This document shows positions 29,101 to 36,240 of a stretch of 36,240 nt of DNA, in pieces. A program made the translations under genes and the position numbers. The stretch lies in the sequence record SRR20825006_182; one strand, given 5' to 3'. The notes beneath the pieces were generated by a model, which was not told where the DNA came from, made no database searches, and saw only the letters and a list, made by a program, of their open reading frames with translations. How positions within the stretch are numbered: position 1 is the first letter of the stretch; each line of letters begins with the position of its first letter.

Positions 29101-30195
29101 TTACTCCGGCTTTTCATATGATGCAAGTATATCCGCACCCAGACGGCGCAGTGATGTGCACGTTAGATGGGGCGCATGGTCAAGCGAGGCAAGTCCCAAA
29201 TCTCCCACCATTGCCATGCTTTCGCTTCCCAGCAGCTTTGGTGCGGTAAAATGCAAGACCCTGTCAGCTAGGCCTGCCTTGAGGAGTGAGGCGTGTACAC
29301 GCCCCCCACCTTCCACCAGCACGCGGGTTAGCCCACACGCCGCAAGACGTCTGGCAATCGCTATCATGTCGTCGAGTGTATCCAACATTTCAACCGTCAC
29401 GCCAACCGCACGCAAAGCATTCACATTTTCTTCATCAGCCTGCCCGCAAAGCACTAATGTAGGTATCTGGCCCGCCGTAGCGACCAGCTTGCTTTCAAGC
29501 GGGATTCGCAAGCTACTATCGAGCACAATACGGGTCGGTGACCTGTCCTCAAGCCCCGGCAGCCGACAATTCAGCACAGGGTTATCTGCAAGCACAGTAC
29601 CAATACCAACAAGAATGGCATCATGGCGCGCCCGCAACATGTGCCCGTAGGCACGCGCTTCACTCCCTGTGATCCATTGGCTATCACCGTTAGCTAACGC
29701 GATCTTCCCGTCCGCGCTTGAGGCAATCTTGAGGGTGAACATTGGCCGGCCTTTGCCAACTTTGGTAAGAAAACCGTGGTTGATGGCCCTGGCTTCGGCC
29801 ACACAGATACCTGTCTCAACCGTAACGCCCGCATCTCGCAACATCGCGAACCCTTTACCACAGACACGCTCATCCGGATCGCTGATTGCGCAAACAACAC
29901 GCACAACGCCTGCATCTATCAGGGCTTGCGCACAAGGGCCGGTTTGTCCGGTATGCGAACACGGCTCAAGGGTGACATATGCGGTTGCACCTTTTGCCTT
30001 ATCGCCAGCTTGAGCCAGCGCCTCGGTTTCCGCATGCGGTCTCCCGCCATGCTGGGTAAAACCCCGCCCAACGATAACGCCGTCTTTTACAATCACACAA
30101 CCAACTGCTGGGTTTGGCGCAACAAGACCGAGGCCGCGCTGAGCCAAACCCAGCGCGACCTTCATATAGGCTTCATCTTGTCTTGTGGTTGCCAC
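29101..30195 (-). CDS. ribD: Bifunctional riboflavin deaminase/reductase RibD
   Basis: PNPAVGCV, HAE, TLEPCSH..PC and VEGGG motifs. Confidence 0.96.
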   Translation of the reverse strand: MATTRQDEAYMKVALGLAQRGLGLVAPNPAVGCVIVKDGVIVGRGFTQHGGRPHAETEALAQAGDKAKGATAYVTLEPCSHTGQTGPCAQALIDAGVVRVVCAISDPDERVCGKGFAMLRDAGVTVETGICVAEARAINHGFLTKVGKGRPMFTLKIASSADGKIALANGDSQWITGSEARAYGHMLRARHDAILVGIGTVLADNPVLNCRLPGLEDRSPTRIVLDSSLRIPLESKLVATAGQIPTLVLCGQADEENVNALRAVGVTVEMLDTLDDMIAIARRLAACGLTRVLVEGGGRVHASLLKAGLADRVLHFTAPKLLGSESMAMVGDLGLASLDHAPHLTCTSLRRLGADILASYEKPE

Positions 30196-30208
30196 CCTTG
30201 GCTCCCGC

Positions 30209-30691
30209 TCAAGGTTCCTCGTGGAAAACCTCGTCTTCTTCCGTACCAGTCATCTTGCCGAGAAATTTTTCAAAGTCTGAGGCTTCCCGGAAATTCCGAT
30301 AAACGGACGCATAGCGCACATAGGCTACCTGATCCAGACTCTCAAGGCCTTCCATGACTAAACGGCCAATCTGGTCACTATCGATTTCGTTTTCGCCCAT
30401 TGATTCGAGCCTGCGCACGATACCATTGATCATGCGTTCCACCCGGTCAGGGTCAACGGGTCGTTTCCTGAGCGCAATGTCAAGGGAGCGCTCAAGCTTG
30501 TTGCGTTCAAACGGCACCTTTCGGCCCGTTTTCTTCACAACTGTCAGCTCCCGCAGTTGCACACGCTCAAATGTGGTGAACCTGGCCCCACACGCTGGGC
30601 AGAACCGACGTCTTCGAATGGCCGACTTGTCGTCAGTCGGCCGTGAATCTTTTACCTGTGTGTCTTCGTTTTGACAAAACGGACAACGCAT
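30209..30691 (-). CDS. nrdR: Transcriptional repressor NrdR
   Basis: [24 protein letters not shown] cone and [10 protein letters not shown] motifs. Confidence 0.96.
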   Translation of the reverse strand: MRCPFCQNEDTQVKDSRPTDDKSAIRRRRFCPACGARFTTFERVQLRELTVVKKTGRKVPFERNKLERSLDIALRKRPVDPDRVERMINGIVRRLESMGENEIDSDQIGRLVMEGLESLDQVAYVRYASVYRNFREASDFEKFLGKMTGTEEDEVFHEEP

Positions 30692-30764
30692 GGTGCCCCT
30701 ACTCCCCAATTTTAGCCATTTTTAGGTGCAGGACGCTGGCGTCCCACACCATCTGGTAATGACC

Positions 30765-32057
30765 TTAGCCCAATTCACTATAGATGGGGAAGCGTTCACA
30801 AAGAACAGCTACTTTTTTCCTGACAGATTCTTCTGCCGCATCGTTGTTTTCACCGTGTGCAGCCAGACCATCGAGCACCTCGGTCATCATGTCTGCAATC
30901 TCAGTGAACTCAGCCTCAGCAAAACCACGTGTCGTGCCAGCTGGTGTGCCAACGCGAATACCAGATGTGATAAATGGCTTTTCCGGATCAAACGGCACAC
31001 CATTTTTGTTACAGGTCATGCGCGCGCGCTCAAGCGCTTCATCAGCCGCCTTACCGGTCAGGCCTTTCGGACGCAGGTCAACAAGCACAACGTGTGTATC
31101 AGTACCACCGGAGACGATGTCAAAACCGTTTTCCTTGAGGCGGGCAGCCAACACTTTTGCGTTTTTTACAACTTGATCAGCGTAGTCCTTGAATTCAGGG
31201 CGCAGCGCTTCACCAAAGGCAACAGCTTTTGCGGCAATCACATGCATAAGCGGACCACCTTGCAGGCCAGGGAATACAGCTGAGTTGATCTTTTTCGCGA
31301 TGTCTTCACGGTTGGTGAGGATCATGCCACCACGCGGCCCGCGCAGGGTTTTGTGGGTGGTGGTGGTAACAACATCCGCGAACTCAACCGGGTTCGGGTG
31401 CGCACCACCTGCAACAAGCCCCGCAAAGTGAGCCATATCCACCATCAACAAAGCGTCAACACTGTCCGCGATCTCCCGGAAACGCTTGAAATCAATGAAA
31501 CGTGGGTAAGCTGAACCGCCTGCGATAATAATGGTTGGCTTGTGCTCAAGTGCCATTTCGGCGACCTGGTCATAGTCGATCAGAGCATCTTCGCGGCGTA
31601 CGCCATATTGGACAGCGTTAAACCACTTACCGGAAAGAGCTGGCGCTGCACCGTGGGTCAGGTGACCGCCCGCATCCAATGACATACCCATAATCGTGTC
31701 GCCCGGCTTGGTTAGCGCAAGCATCACTGCACCGTTTGCCTGTGCGCCAGAGTGCGGCTGTACATTTACAAAACCAGCATTGAAGAGCTTCTTTGCCCGC
31801 TCGATCGCCAAGCTTTCAGCGATATCGACGTGGTGACACCCCTGATAGTAGCGGCGACCTGCATAACCTTCAGCATATTTGTTGGTCATTACAGAGCCCT
31901 GCGCTTCAAGAACCGCGCGGCTTACAATGTTTTCAGAAGCAATCAGCTCGATCTGATCCTGCTGGCGTTTCAGCTCGCCATCAAGTGATGCAAGCAAATC
32001 CGGGTCAGTTTCAGAGAGGTGGGCGGAGAAAAATCCAGGTTGGGCGAAATTTGTCAT
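30765..32057 (-). CDS. glyA: Serine hydroxymethyltransferase
   Basis: LIASEN, NKYAEGY, GGHLTHG and the PLP site [13 protein letters not shown]. Confidence 0.97.
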   Translation of the reverse strand: MTNFAQPGFFSAHLSETDPDLLASLDGELKRQQDQIELIASENIVSRAVLEAQGSVMTNKYAEGYAGRRYYQGCHHVDIAESLAIERAKKLFNAGFVNVQPHSGAQANGAVMLALTKPGDTIMGMSLDAGGHLTHGAAPALSGKWFNAVQYGVRREDALIDYDQVAEMALEHKPTIIIAGGSAYPRFIDFKRFREIADSVDALLMVDMAHFAGLVAGGAHPNPVEFADVVTTTTHKTLRGPRGGMILTNREDIAKKINSAVFPGLQGGPLMHVIAAKAVAFGEALRPEFKDYADQVVKNAKVLAARLKENGFDIVSGGTDTHVVLVDLRPKGLTGKAADEALERARMTCNKNGVPFDPEKPFITSGIRVGTPAGTTRGFAEAEFTEIADMMTEVLDGLAAHGENNDAAEESVRKKVAVLCERFPIYSELG

Positions 32058-32115
32058 GAGCGGAAATCCCTAGGCACAGAAATAAGGTGAGAGTCGGACT
32101 GGGTTTGGAATACTC

Positions 32116-32559
32116 TTAAGAGCCGAGTTTGTCGACCCGCCTTTGGTGACGGCCCCCTTCAAACTCGGTATTCAGAAACTCTTCAAGGCAATCTTTTGCG
32201 GTCTCAATACCAATAAGGCGGGCACCGAGCGCCAAAACGTTGGCATCGTTGTGTTGCCGTGCGAGGCGCGCTGCAAGCCCCGTTTGCACAAGTGCGGCTC
32301 GAACCGCAGGGTTGCGATTTGCCGCGATGGAGATACCAATGCCGGAACCGCATACCACAATACCACGTTTTGCTTGGCCCGCCGCTATCGCCTCACCAAT
32401 CGCCCTGCCATAATCCGGATAATCAACCGACTGAAGATCGTGGCAACCGAGGTCCAGGACGTCAAATCCACGTGCTTGCAAATCGTTCTTGAGATCTTCC
32501 TTGAGGTCAAATCCAGCGTGATCGCTAGCGATGGCAATTGTTTCAGCAGTCATCATCAT
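32116..32559 (-). CDS. rpiB: Ribose-5-phosphate isomerase B
   Basis: ASDHAG, VDYPD, CGSGIG, HNDANVL and FEGGRH motifs. Exact start is one of three tandem ATGs (32553-32559). Confidence 0.94.
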   Translation of the reverse strand: MMMTAETIAIASDHAGFDLKEDLKNDLQARGFDVLDLGCHDLQSVDYPDYGRAIGEAIAAGQAKRGIVVCGSGIGISIAANRNPAVRAALVQTGLAARLARQHNDANVLALGARLIGIETAKDCLEEFLNTEFEGGRHQRRVDKLGS

Positions 32560-32839
32560 GGGGTCCGGTCTTGAGGGTTGAAGCAAGGCATCTTCTGGTT
32601 CCAGCGCGCCAAATTCTGCGCTTGATTATCATAGTTGCCCGACGAACCCAAGCTTCCAGTTGTCTGACACAAGCCATACAAGGACCCGCAACAATAGGTA
32701 CTCTAATTACTTGCTATCTGTATTTATTAACAATTTATTAATAACTAAAATTGCACATCGCAACCATTTGCTGTTGAATTCCTCTATGAAATGCTGCAAT
32801 AAACGACGCAAGTTAACTTCCAATCGGAGCGTCGATTTC

Positions 32840-33253
32840 ATGCCCGACAATACAATACATACAAGTGGCGAAGATATTATGCTCGGCCTTGCTACGGATA
32901 TAGTCACGGCCTACGTGAGCAATAACCGTGTCGAATCTGCGCAACTGCCAGAAGTTATCAGGACGGTGTATTCAACACTTAACCAGTTGAATGGCTTTGC
33001 ACATTCCAAAGAAGAAGCACTCTCACCCGCGGTGCCTATCAAAAAGTCATTCACTGACGATTATCTTATCTGCCTGGAAGACGGCAAAAAACTGAAGATG
33101 CTGAAGCGTTACCTGCGCTCGCGTTATGGGTTAAGTCCGGAAGAGTATCGTGCCAAGTGGGGGTTGCCTGCCGACTACCCAATGGTTGCACCCTCATACG
33201 CGGCCAAGCGTTCTGAATTCGCGAAAAAGATTGGCCTTGGTAAAAAGCGCTAA
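32840..33253 (+). CDS. mucR: MucR/Ros zinc-finger nucleoid-associated regulator
   Basis: IVTAYVSNN, PAVPIKKS, ICLEDGKKLKMLKRYL and DYPMVAPSYA motifs. ATG 32840 follows GGAG. Confidence 0.94.
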   Translation: MPDNTIHTSGEDIMLGLATDIVTAYVSNNRVESAQLPEVIRTVYSTLNQLNGFAHSKEEALSPAVPIKKSFTDDYLICLEDGKKLKMLKRYLRSRYGLSPEEYRAKWGLPADYPMVAPSYAAKRSEFAKKIGLGKKR

Positions 33254-33275
33254 TTACAATCTTTACGGAAAAATA

Positions 33276-33314
33276 GAAAACCCGCACCTGTGTTTATCAC
33301 GTGCGGGTCTTTTT
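33276..33314. terminator. Intrinsic terminator after mucR (probably bidirectional)
   Basis: ACCCGCAC...GTGCGGGT stem, A-tract before and CTTTTT after. Confidence 0.78.
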
Positions 33315-33362
33315 ATGCCTGAAAGCTATATGTCGGATTATGCCTGAAAGCTATATGTCGGA
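33313..33362. repeat. Perfect 25-bp tandem duplication
   Basis: TTATGCCTGAAAGCTATATGTCGGA at 33313-33337 and 33338-33362. Confidence 0.95.
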
Positions 33363-33374
33363 CGCTGACGTTTC

Positions 33375-33593
33375 TTAAACGTCAATACCACGCCGCCGAG
33401 ACTGTATTTCAGCGTCTTTCTTCGCCATCACGTATCTGAGCTTGCGCGCGGCAACCATCTCGAGCTCTTTCTGGCTCGCTCGCGGGTCGCCAACAATACT
33501 GACCTCTATGCCAGTATCCTCACATATAGCGCTTACCTTCAGCACATTGCCGACTGTGATAAATTCGAAAATGATTCTTCTTGGCACCGGCAA
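33375..33593 (-). CDS. Small conserved hypothetical protein (resembles DUF6898)
   Basis: IIFEF..G..LKVSAI...TGIEVSIVG..A.RKL.Y pattern; directly downstream of hemA. Start uncertain. Confidence 0.6.
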   Translation of the reverse strand: MPVPRRIIFEFITVGNVLKVSAICEDTGIEVSIVGDPRASQKELEMVAARKLRYVMAKKDAEIQSRRRGIDV

Positions 33594-33610
33594 GGCGTCA
33601 CCAATTCGGC

Positions 33611-34828
33611 TTAGCCGACCTTTCGCTTAAGGCTCAGGCGCGCCCATACATCAACAAGTGCCTCGACGAGGCTATCCATTACTTTGTCATCATGAAGAGG
33701 CCCTGGTGTGAAACGCAGGCGTTCCGTACCTCGAGGGACTGTTGGATAGTTGATGGGCTGTACATAGATGCCGTATTCATTCAGCAGAAGGTCTGAAACA
33801 TCCTTGCAAAGCACAGGATCGCCAACAAATACCGGCACAATATGGCTTTCAGACTCCATAACCGGGATACCCGCTGTCTTCAGGCGGTGTTTCAGTTTCG
33901 CGGCACGCTCTTGATGCGCGTCACGTTCCGCTGAACTTCCTTTAAGGTGGCGGATGCTGGCAAGGGCGCCTGCGGCCAATACAGGGCTAAGCGCTGTCGT
34001 GAAGATAAAGCCCGATGCGTAGCTTCTAACCACATCAACAAGTGCTTTGGAGGACGCGATATAACCGCCCATCACCCCAAATGCCTTGCCTAGAGTCCCT
34101 TCAATGATTGTGAGTCTATGGGCAACACCATCGCGTTCGGAAACACCGCCGCCGCGTTTGCCGTAAAGGCCAACAGCGTGTACTTCATCAAGATAGGTCA
34201 TCGCACCATATTTGTCGGCCAGATCACAGATCGCACCGATCGGGGCAATATCACCGTCCATAGAATAAACGGATTCGAACGCAATAATCTTCGGCGCTTT
34301 TGGATCAGCAGCCTTCAGAAGCTCTTCCAGATGCTCAAGGTCATTGTGACGGAAAATATGTTTCTGCGCGCCACTGTTCCTGATTCCCTGGATCATGGAG
34401 GCATGGTTCATCGAATCTGAAAACACGATGCAGCCAGGTAACAGCTTCGCGACGGTTGAAAGCGTTGCTTCATTGGAAATATAACCCGAGGTAAACAGCA
34501 GCGCAGTTTCTTTACCGTGCAAATCAGCAAGCTCTTCTTCAAGAAGAACATGATAATGATTGGTGCCCGCAATATTACGCGTGCCGCCTGCCCCTGCGCC
34601 GGTTTCATCAAGCGCAGCATGCATTGCGCCAATCACCTTGGGATGTTGGCCCATGCCGAGATAGTCGTTGGAACACCACACAGTAATGGCACGCGCGTTG
34701 TCGCCCGCGTCGTGACGAAGCGCCCGCGGATAGTTGCCTCGCTCGCGAGAGATGTCGGCGAAAACCCGGTATCGGCCTTCAGCCTTAACCGCCTCAATCG
34801 CGTCCGCAAAAATCTTTTCGTAGTCCAT
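33611..34828 (-). CDS. hemA: 5-aminolevulinate synthase (Shemin/C4 pathway)
   Basis: [43 protein letters not shown] and QPINYPTV motifs. Confidence 0.96.
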   Translation of the reverse strand: MDYEKIFADAIEAVKAEGRYRVFADISRERGNYPRALRHDAGDNARAITVWCSNDYLGMGQHPKVIGAMHAALDETGAGAGGTRNIAGTNHYHVLLEEELADLHGKETALLFTSGYISNEATLSTVAKLLPGCIVFSDSMNHASMIQGIRNSGAQKHIFRHNDLEHLEELLKAADPKAPKIIAFESVYSMDGDIAPIGAICDLADKYGAMTYLDEVHAVGLYGKRGGGVSERDGVAHRLTIIEGTLGKAFGVMGGYIASSKALVDVVRSYASGFIFTTALSPVLAAGALASIRHLKGSSAERDAHQERAAKLKHRLKTAGIPVMESESHIVPVFVGDPVLCKDVSDLLLNEYGIYVQPINYPTVPRGTERLRFTPGPLHDDKVMDSLVEALVDVWARLSLKRKVG

Positions 34829-34857
34829 CACGCATTCCGTCTTGTGTACAACAGGCC

Positions 34858-34887
34858 GAGTTTACCGGCGCGGACCTTTTAACGCAA
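34858..34887 (-). promoter_or_regulatory. Putative sigma70 promoter of hemA
   Basis: TTGCGT-N17-TAAACT on the minus strand, about 30 nt upstream of the start. Confidence 0.55.
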
Positions 34888-34968
34888 TGTTTTGGCCCGC
34901 GTCTAGCGGCGAAAATGTCGCACACACAAATCGATTCCATCTATGACTTAAGTCAAGTGTGTATCGAT

Positions 34969-35454
34969 TTAAAGACCGAAGTGCAATTTGTCGGACCAAT
35001 AGCGCTCAAGATTCCTGAGATTTTTCCGCAGATTCTTCAACTCGTCATGGCTCACGAGATCATCCTGCATCAGCTCTTCGAGGTGCTGCATGTAAAGATC
35101 GTCGATCAGCTTCCTTATTTCATACCCCTGATCGGTTAATGAAATGCGAACGGCGCGGCGATCATAATCAGAACGCTCGTGCCTAAGGTATCCCATTTCA
35201 ACCAGCTTCTTGAGGTTATAAGAAACGTTGGAGCCCTGATAATAGCCACGCGTCTTGAGTTCACCCGCCGTCATCTCATGCTCACCAATATTATGGAGAA
35301 GCAGGGCCTGCACCGGGTTGAGGTCATTGCGACCGATATGTTCAAGGTGGTTTTTGATCACATCAAGAAGCCGCCTGTGAAGACGCTCAACCAGCGACAG
35401 TATGTCGAGAAAGAGAAATTTTGGGTCGTTAAAGTCGTATCCACTCATGGTCAT
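34969..35454 (-). CDS. ldtR: MarR-family regulator, LdtR-like
   Basis: LVERLHRRLLDVIK, QALLL.NIG, TAGEL..RGYY.GSNVSYNLKKLV and DRRAVRI match the rhizobial LdtR pattern as I recall it. Confidence 0.78.
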   Translation of the reverse strand: MTMSGYDFNDPKFLFLDILSLVERLHRRLLDVIKNHLEHIGRNDLNPVQALLLHNIGEHEMTAGELKTRGYYQGSNVSYNLKKLVEMGYLRHERSDYDRRAVRISLTDQGYEIRKLIDDLYMQHLEELMQDDLVSHDELKNLRKNLRNLERYWSDKLHFGL

Positions 35455-35703
35455 TCGCCTGATTTAGTGTGAATTTTCATCGAATCTTCGAGGAAACACT
35501 CTGTTCCATAAGGTTTAACGCAATGTTAATGATAAAATTCTAACTAAATTCACGCTATCAGGCACGATAATTCGGTGTAATTTATCACGTTCTGCGGCAC
35601 GCAGTCACACGATCTATTGTGACAGGTGACAGCGGTGAGCGAACACAATAAAGTATCGCAACATTATCACTGAGTTAAATCCGAGTTAGATGAAGGATAG
35701 TCC

Positions 35704-36240
35704 ATGACCGCACGTTTTCCCGCCACACGTTTGCGCCGCCCCAGAAGCGAAAACTGGTCACGCCGCCTTGTGCGCGAAAACCAGGTAACAGTGGATGACC
35801 TGATCTGGCCAATCTTTGTGCGCGACGGTAAAGGAGAGATCGAAGCTGTCACATCAATGCCCGGCGTGAACCGGCTCTCTGTCGACAAAGCCGTTGAAAC
35901 CGCAAAAGAAGCCCGTAGCCTTGGCATTCCTGCGCTTGCCCTCTTCCCTAATACCCCGGCCGACAGACGTTGCGACAGGGGCGAAGAAGCGCTTGATTAC
36001 GACAACCTGATTAATACGGCGATGCGCGCCATCAAGGATGCAGTGCCGGAAATTGGCCTTCTGGCTGACGTCGCACTCGATCCCTACACCAGCCATGGTC
36101 AGGACGGACTGGTGGAAGATGGTAAAGTACTGAACGATGAGACAGTCGGAATGTTGGTGCAACAGGCCGTGGTACAGGCCAAAGCGGGCGCTGATATTAT
36201 CGCGCCAAGCGACATGATGGACGGCCGCATCGGCGCCATC
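35704..36240 (+). CDS. hemB: Porphobilinogen synthase (ALA dehydratase), 5' part; runs off the window
   Basis: Manual translation gives MTARFPATRLRRPR...LVRENQVTVDDLIWPIFV...SMPGV...DVALDPYTSHGQDG...APSDMMDGRIGAI. AAGGA RBS. Not in the ORF track because it has no stop codon in the window. Confidence 0.95.
   Translation, partial: MTARFPATRLRRPRSENWSRRLVRENQVTVDDLIWPIFVRDGKGEIEAVTSMPGVNRLSVDKAVETAKEARSLGIPALALFPNTPADRRCDRGEEALDYDNLINTAMRAIKDAVPEIGLLADVALDPYTSHGQDGLVEDGKVLNDETVGMLVQQAVVQAKAGADIIAPSDMMDGRIGAI

Noticed and set aside
32058-32115. ZTP or glycine riboswitch upstream of glyA; FMN riboswitch at the rib genes
   Set aside because: The gap before glyA is 58 nt and lacks the consensus, and the rib genes are too tightly packed.
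32660-32839. Long N-terminal extensions in the ORF track (mucR; also 2505, 15453, 17867, 21881, 30709)
   Set aside because: They run through promoter DNA. Downstream starts fit family lengths better, and most have an RBS.
33313-33362. Tandem repeat as a possible CRISPR array
   Set aside because: Only two abutting copies, no spacer, and no cas genes.
10545-34828. Deliberate clustering of succinyl-CoA (mutase) and glycine (glyA) supply with ALA synthase
   Set aside because: The genes lie in separate transcription units, and glyA is in its usual rpiB-glyA-nrdR-rib context. Coincidence is sufficient.

Overview
This is a gene-dense, mostly housekeeping alphaproteobacterial chromosome segment. 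The taxon is inferred from MucR/Ros, an LdtR-like MarR, Shemin-pathway HemA, and the radA-cvpA-purF and bamE/cbp3/yceD/plsX/ihfA/merR/tRNA-Pro gene orders. Contents in order: parE (3' end), alpha/beta hydrolase, DEAD-box helicase, enoyl-CoA hydratase, mlaE-mlaF-radA-cvpA-purF-SDR, a TSUP-mutA-mutB-meaB operon, cupin, tRNA-Pro(GGG), a divergent Rieske-fusion / SufR-like regulator pair, merR, ihfA, plsX, yceD, cbp3, bamE, hppA, an orphan fliL-like gene, thiL-nusB-rib genes-nrdR-glyA-rpiB, mucR, hemA, ldtR-like MarR, and hemB (5' end, missing from the ORF track). I see no mobile element or CRISPR array. The best candidate for an undescribed system is the 16144-18550 module. It has a Rieske [2Fe-2S] domain fused to a His-rich helical domain and a divergent Cys-rich SufR-like regulator. 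Between them lie a 30-bp inverted repeat and an unannotated 55-codon upstream ORF with its own GGAGG ribosome-binding site. A second candidate is the hemA-ldtR-hemB arrangement, where an identical 14-bp element lies upstream of both hemA and ldtR. All calls come from motif reading by eye; no database search was run.
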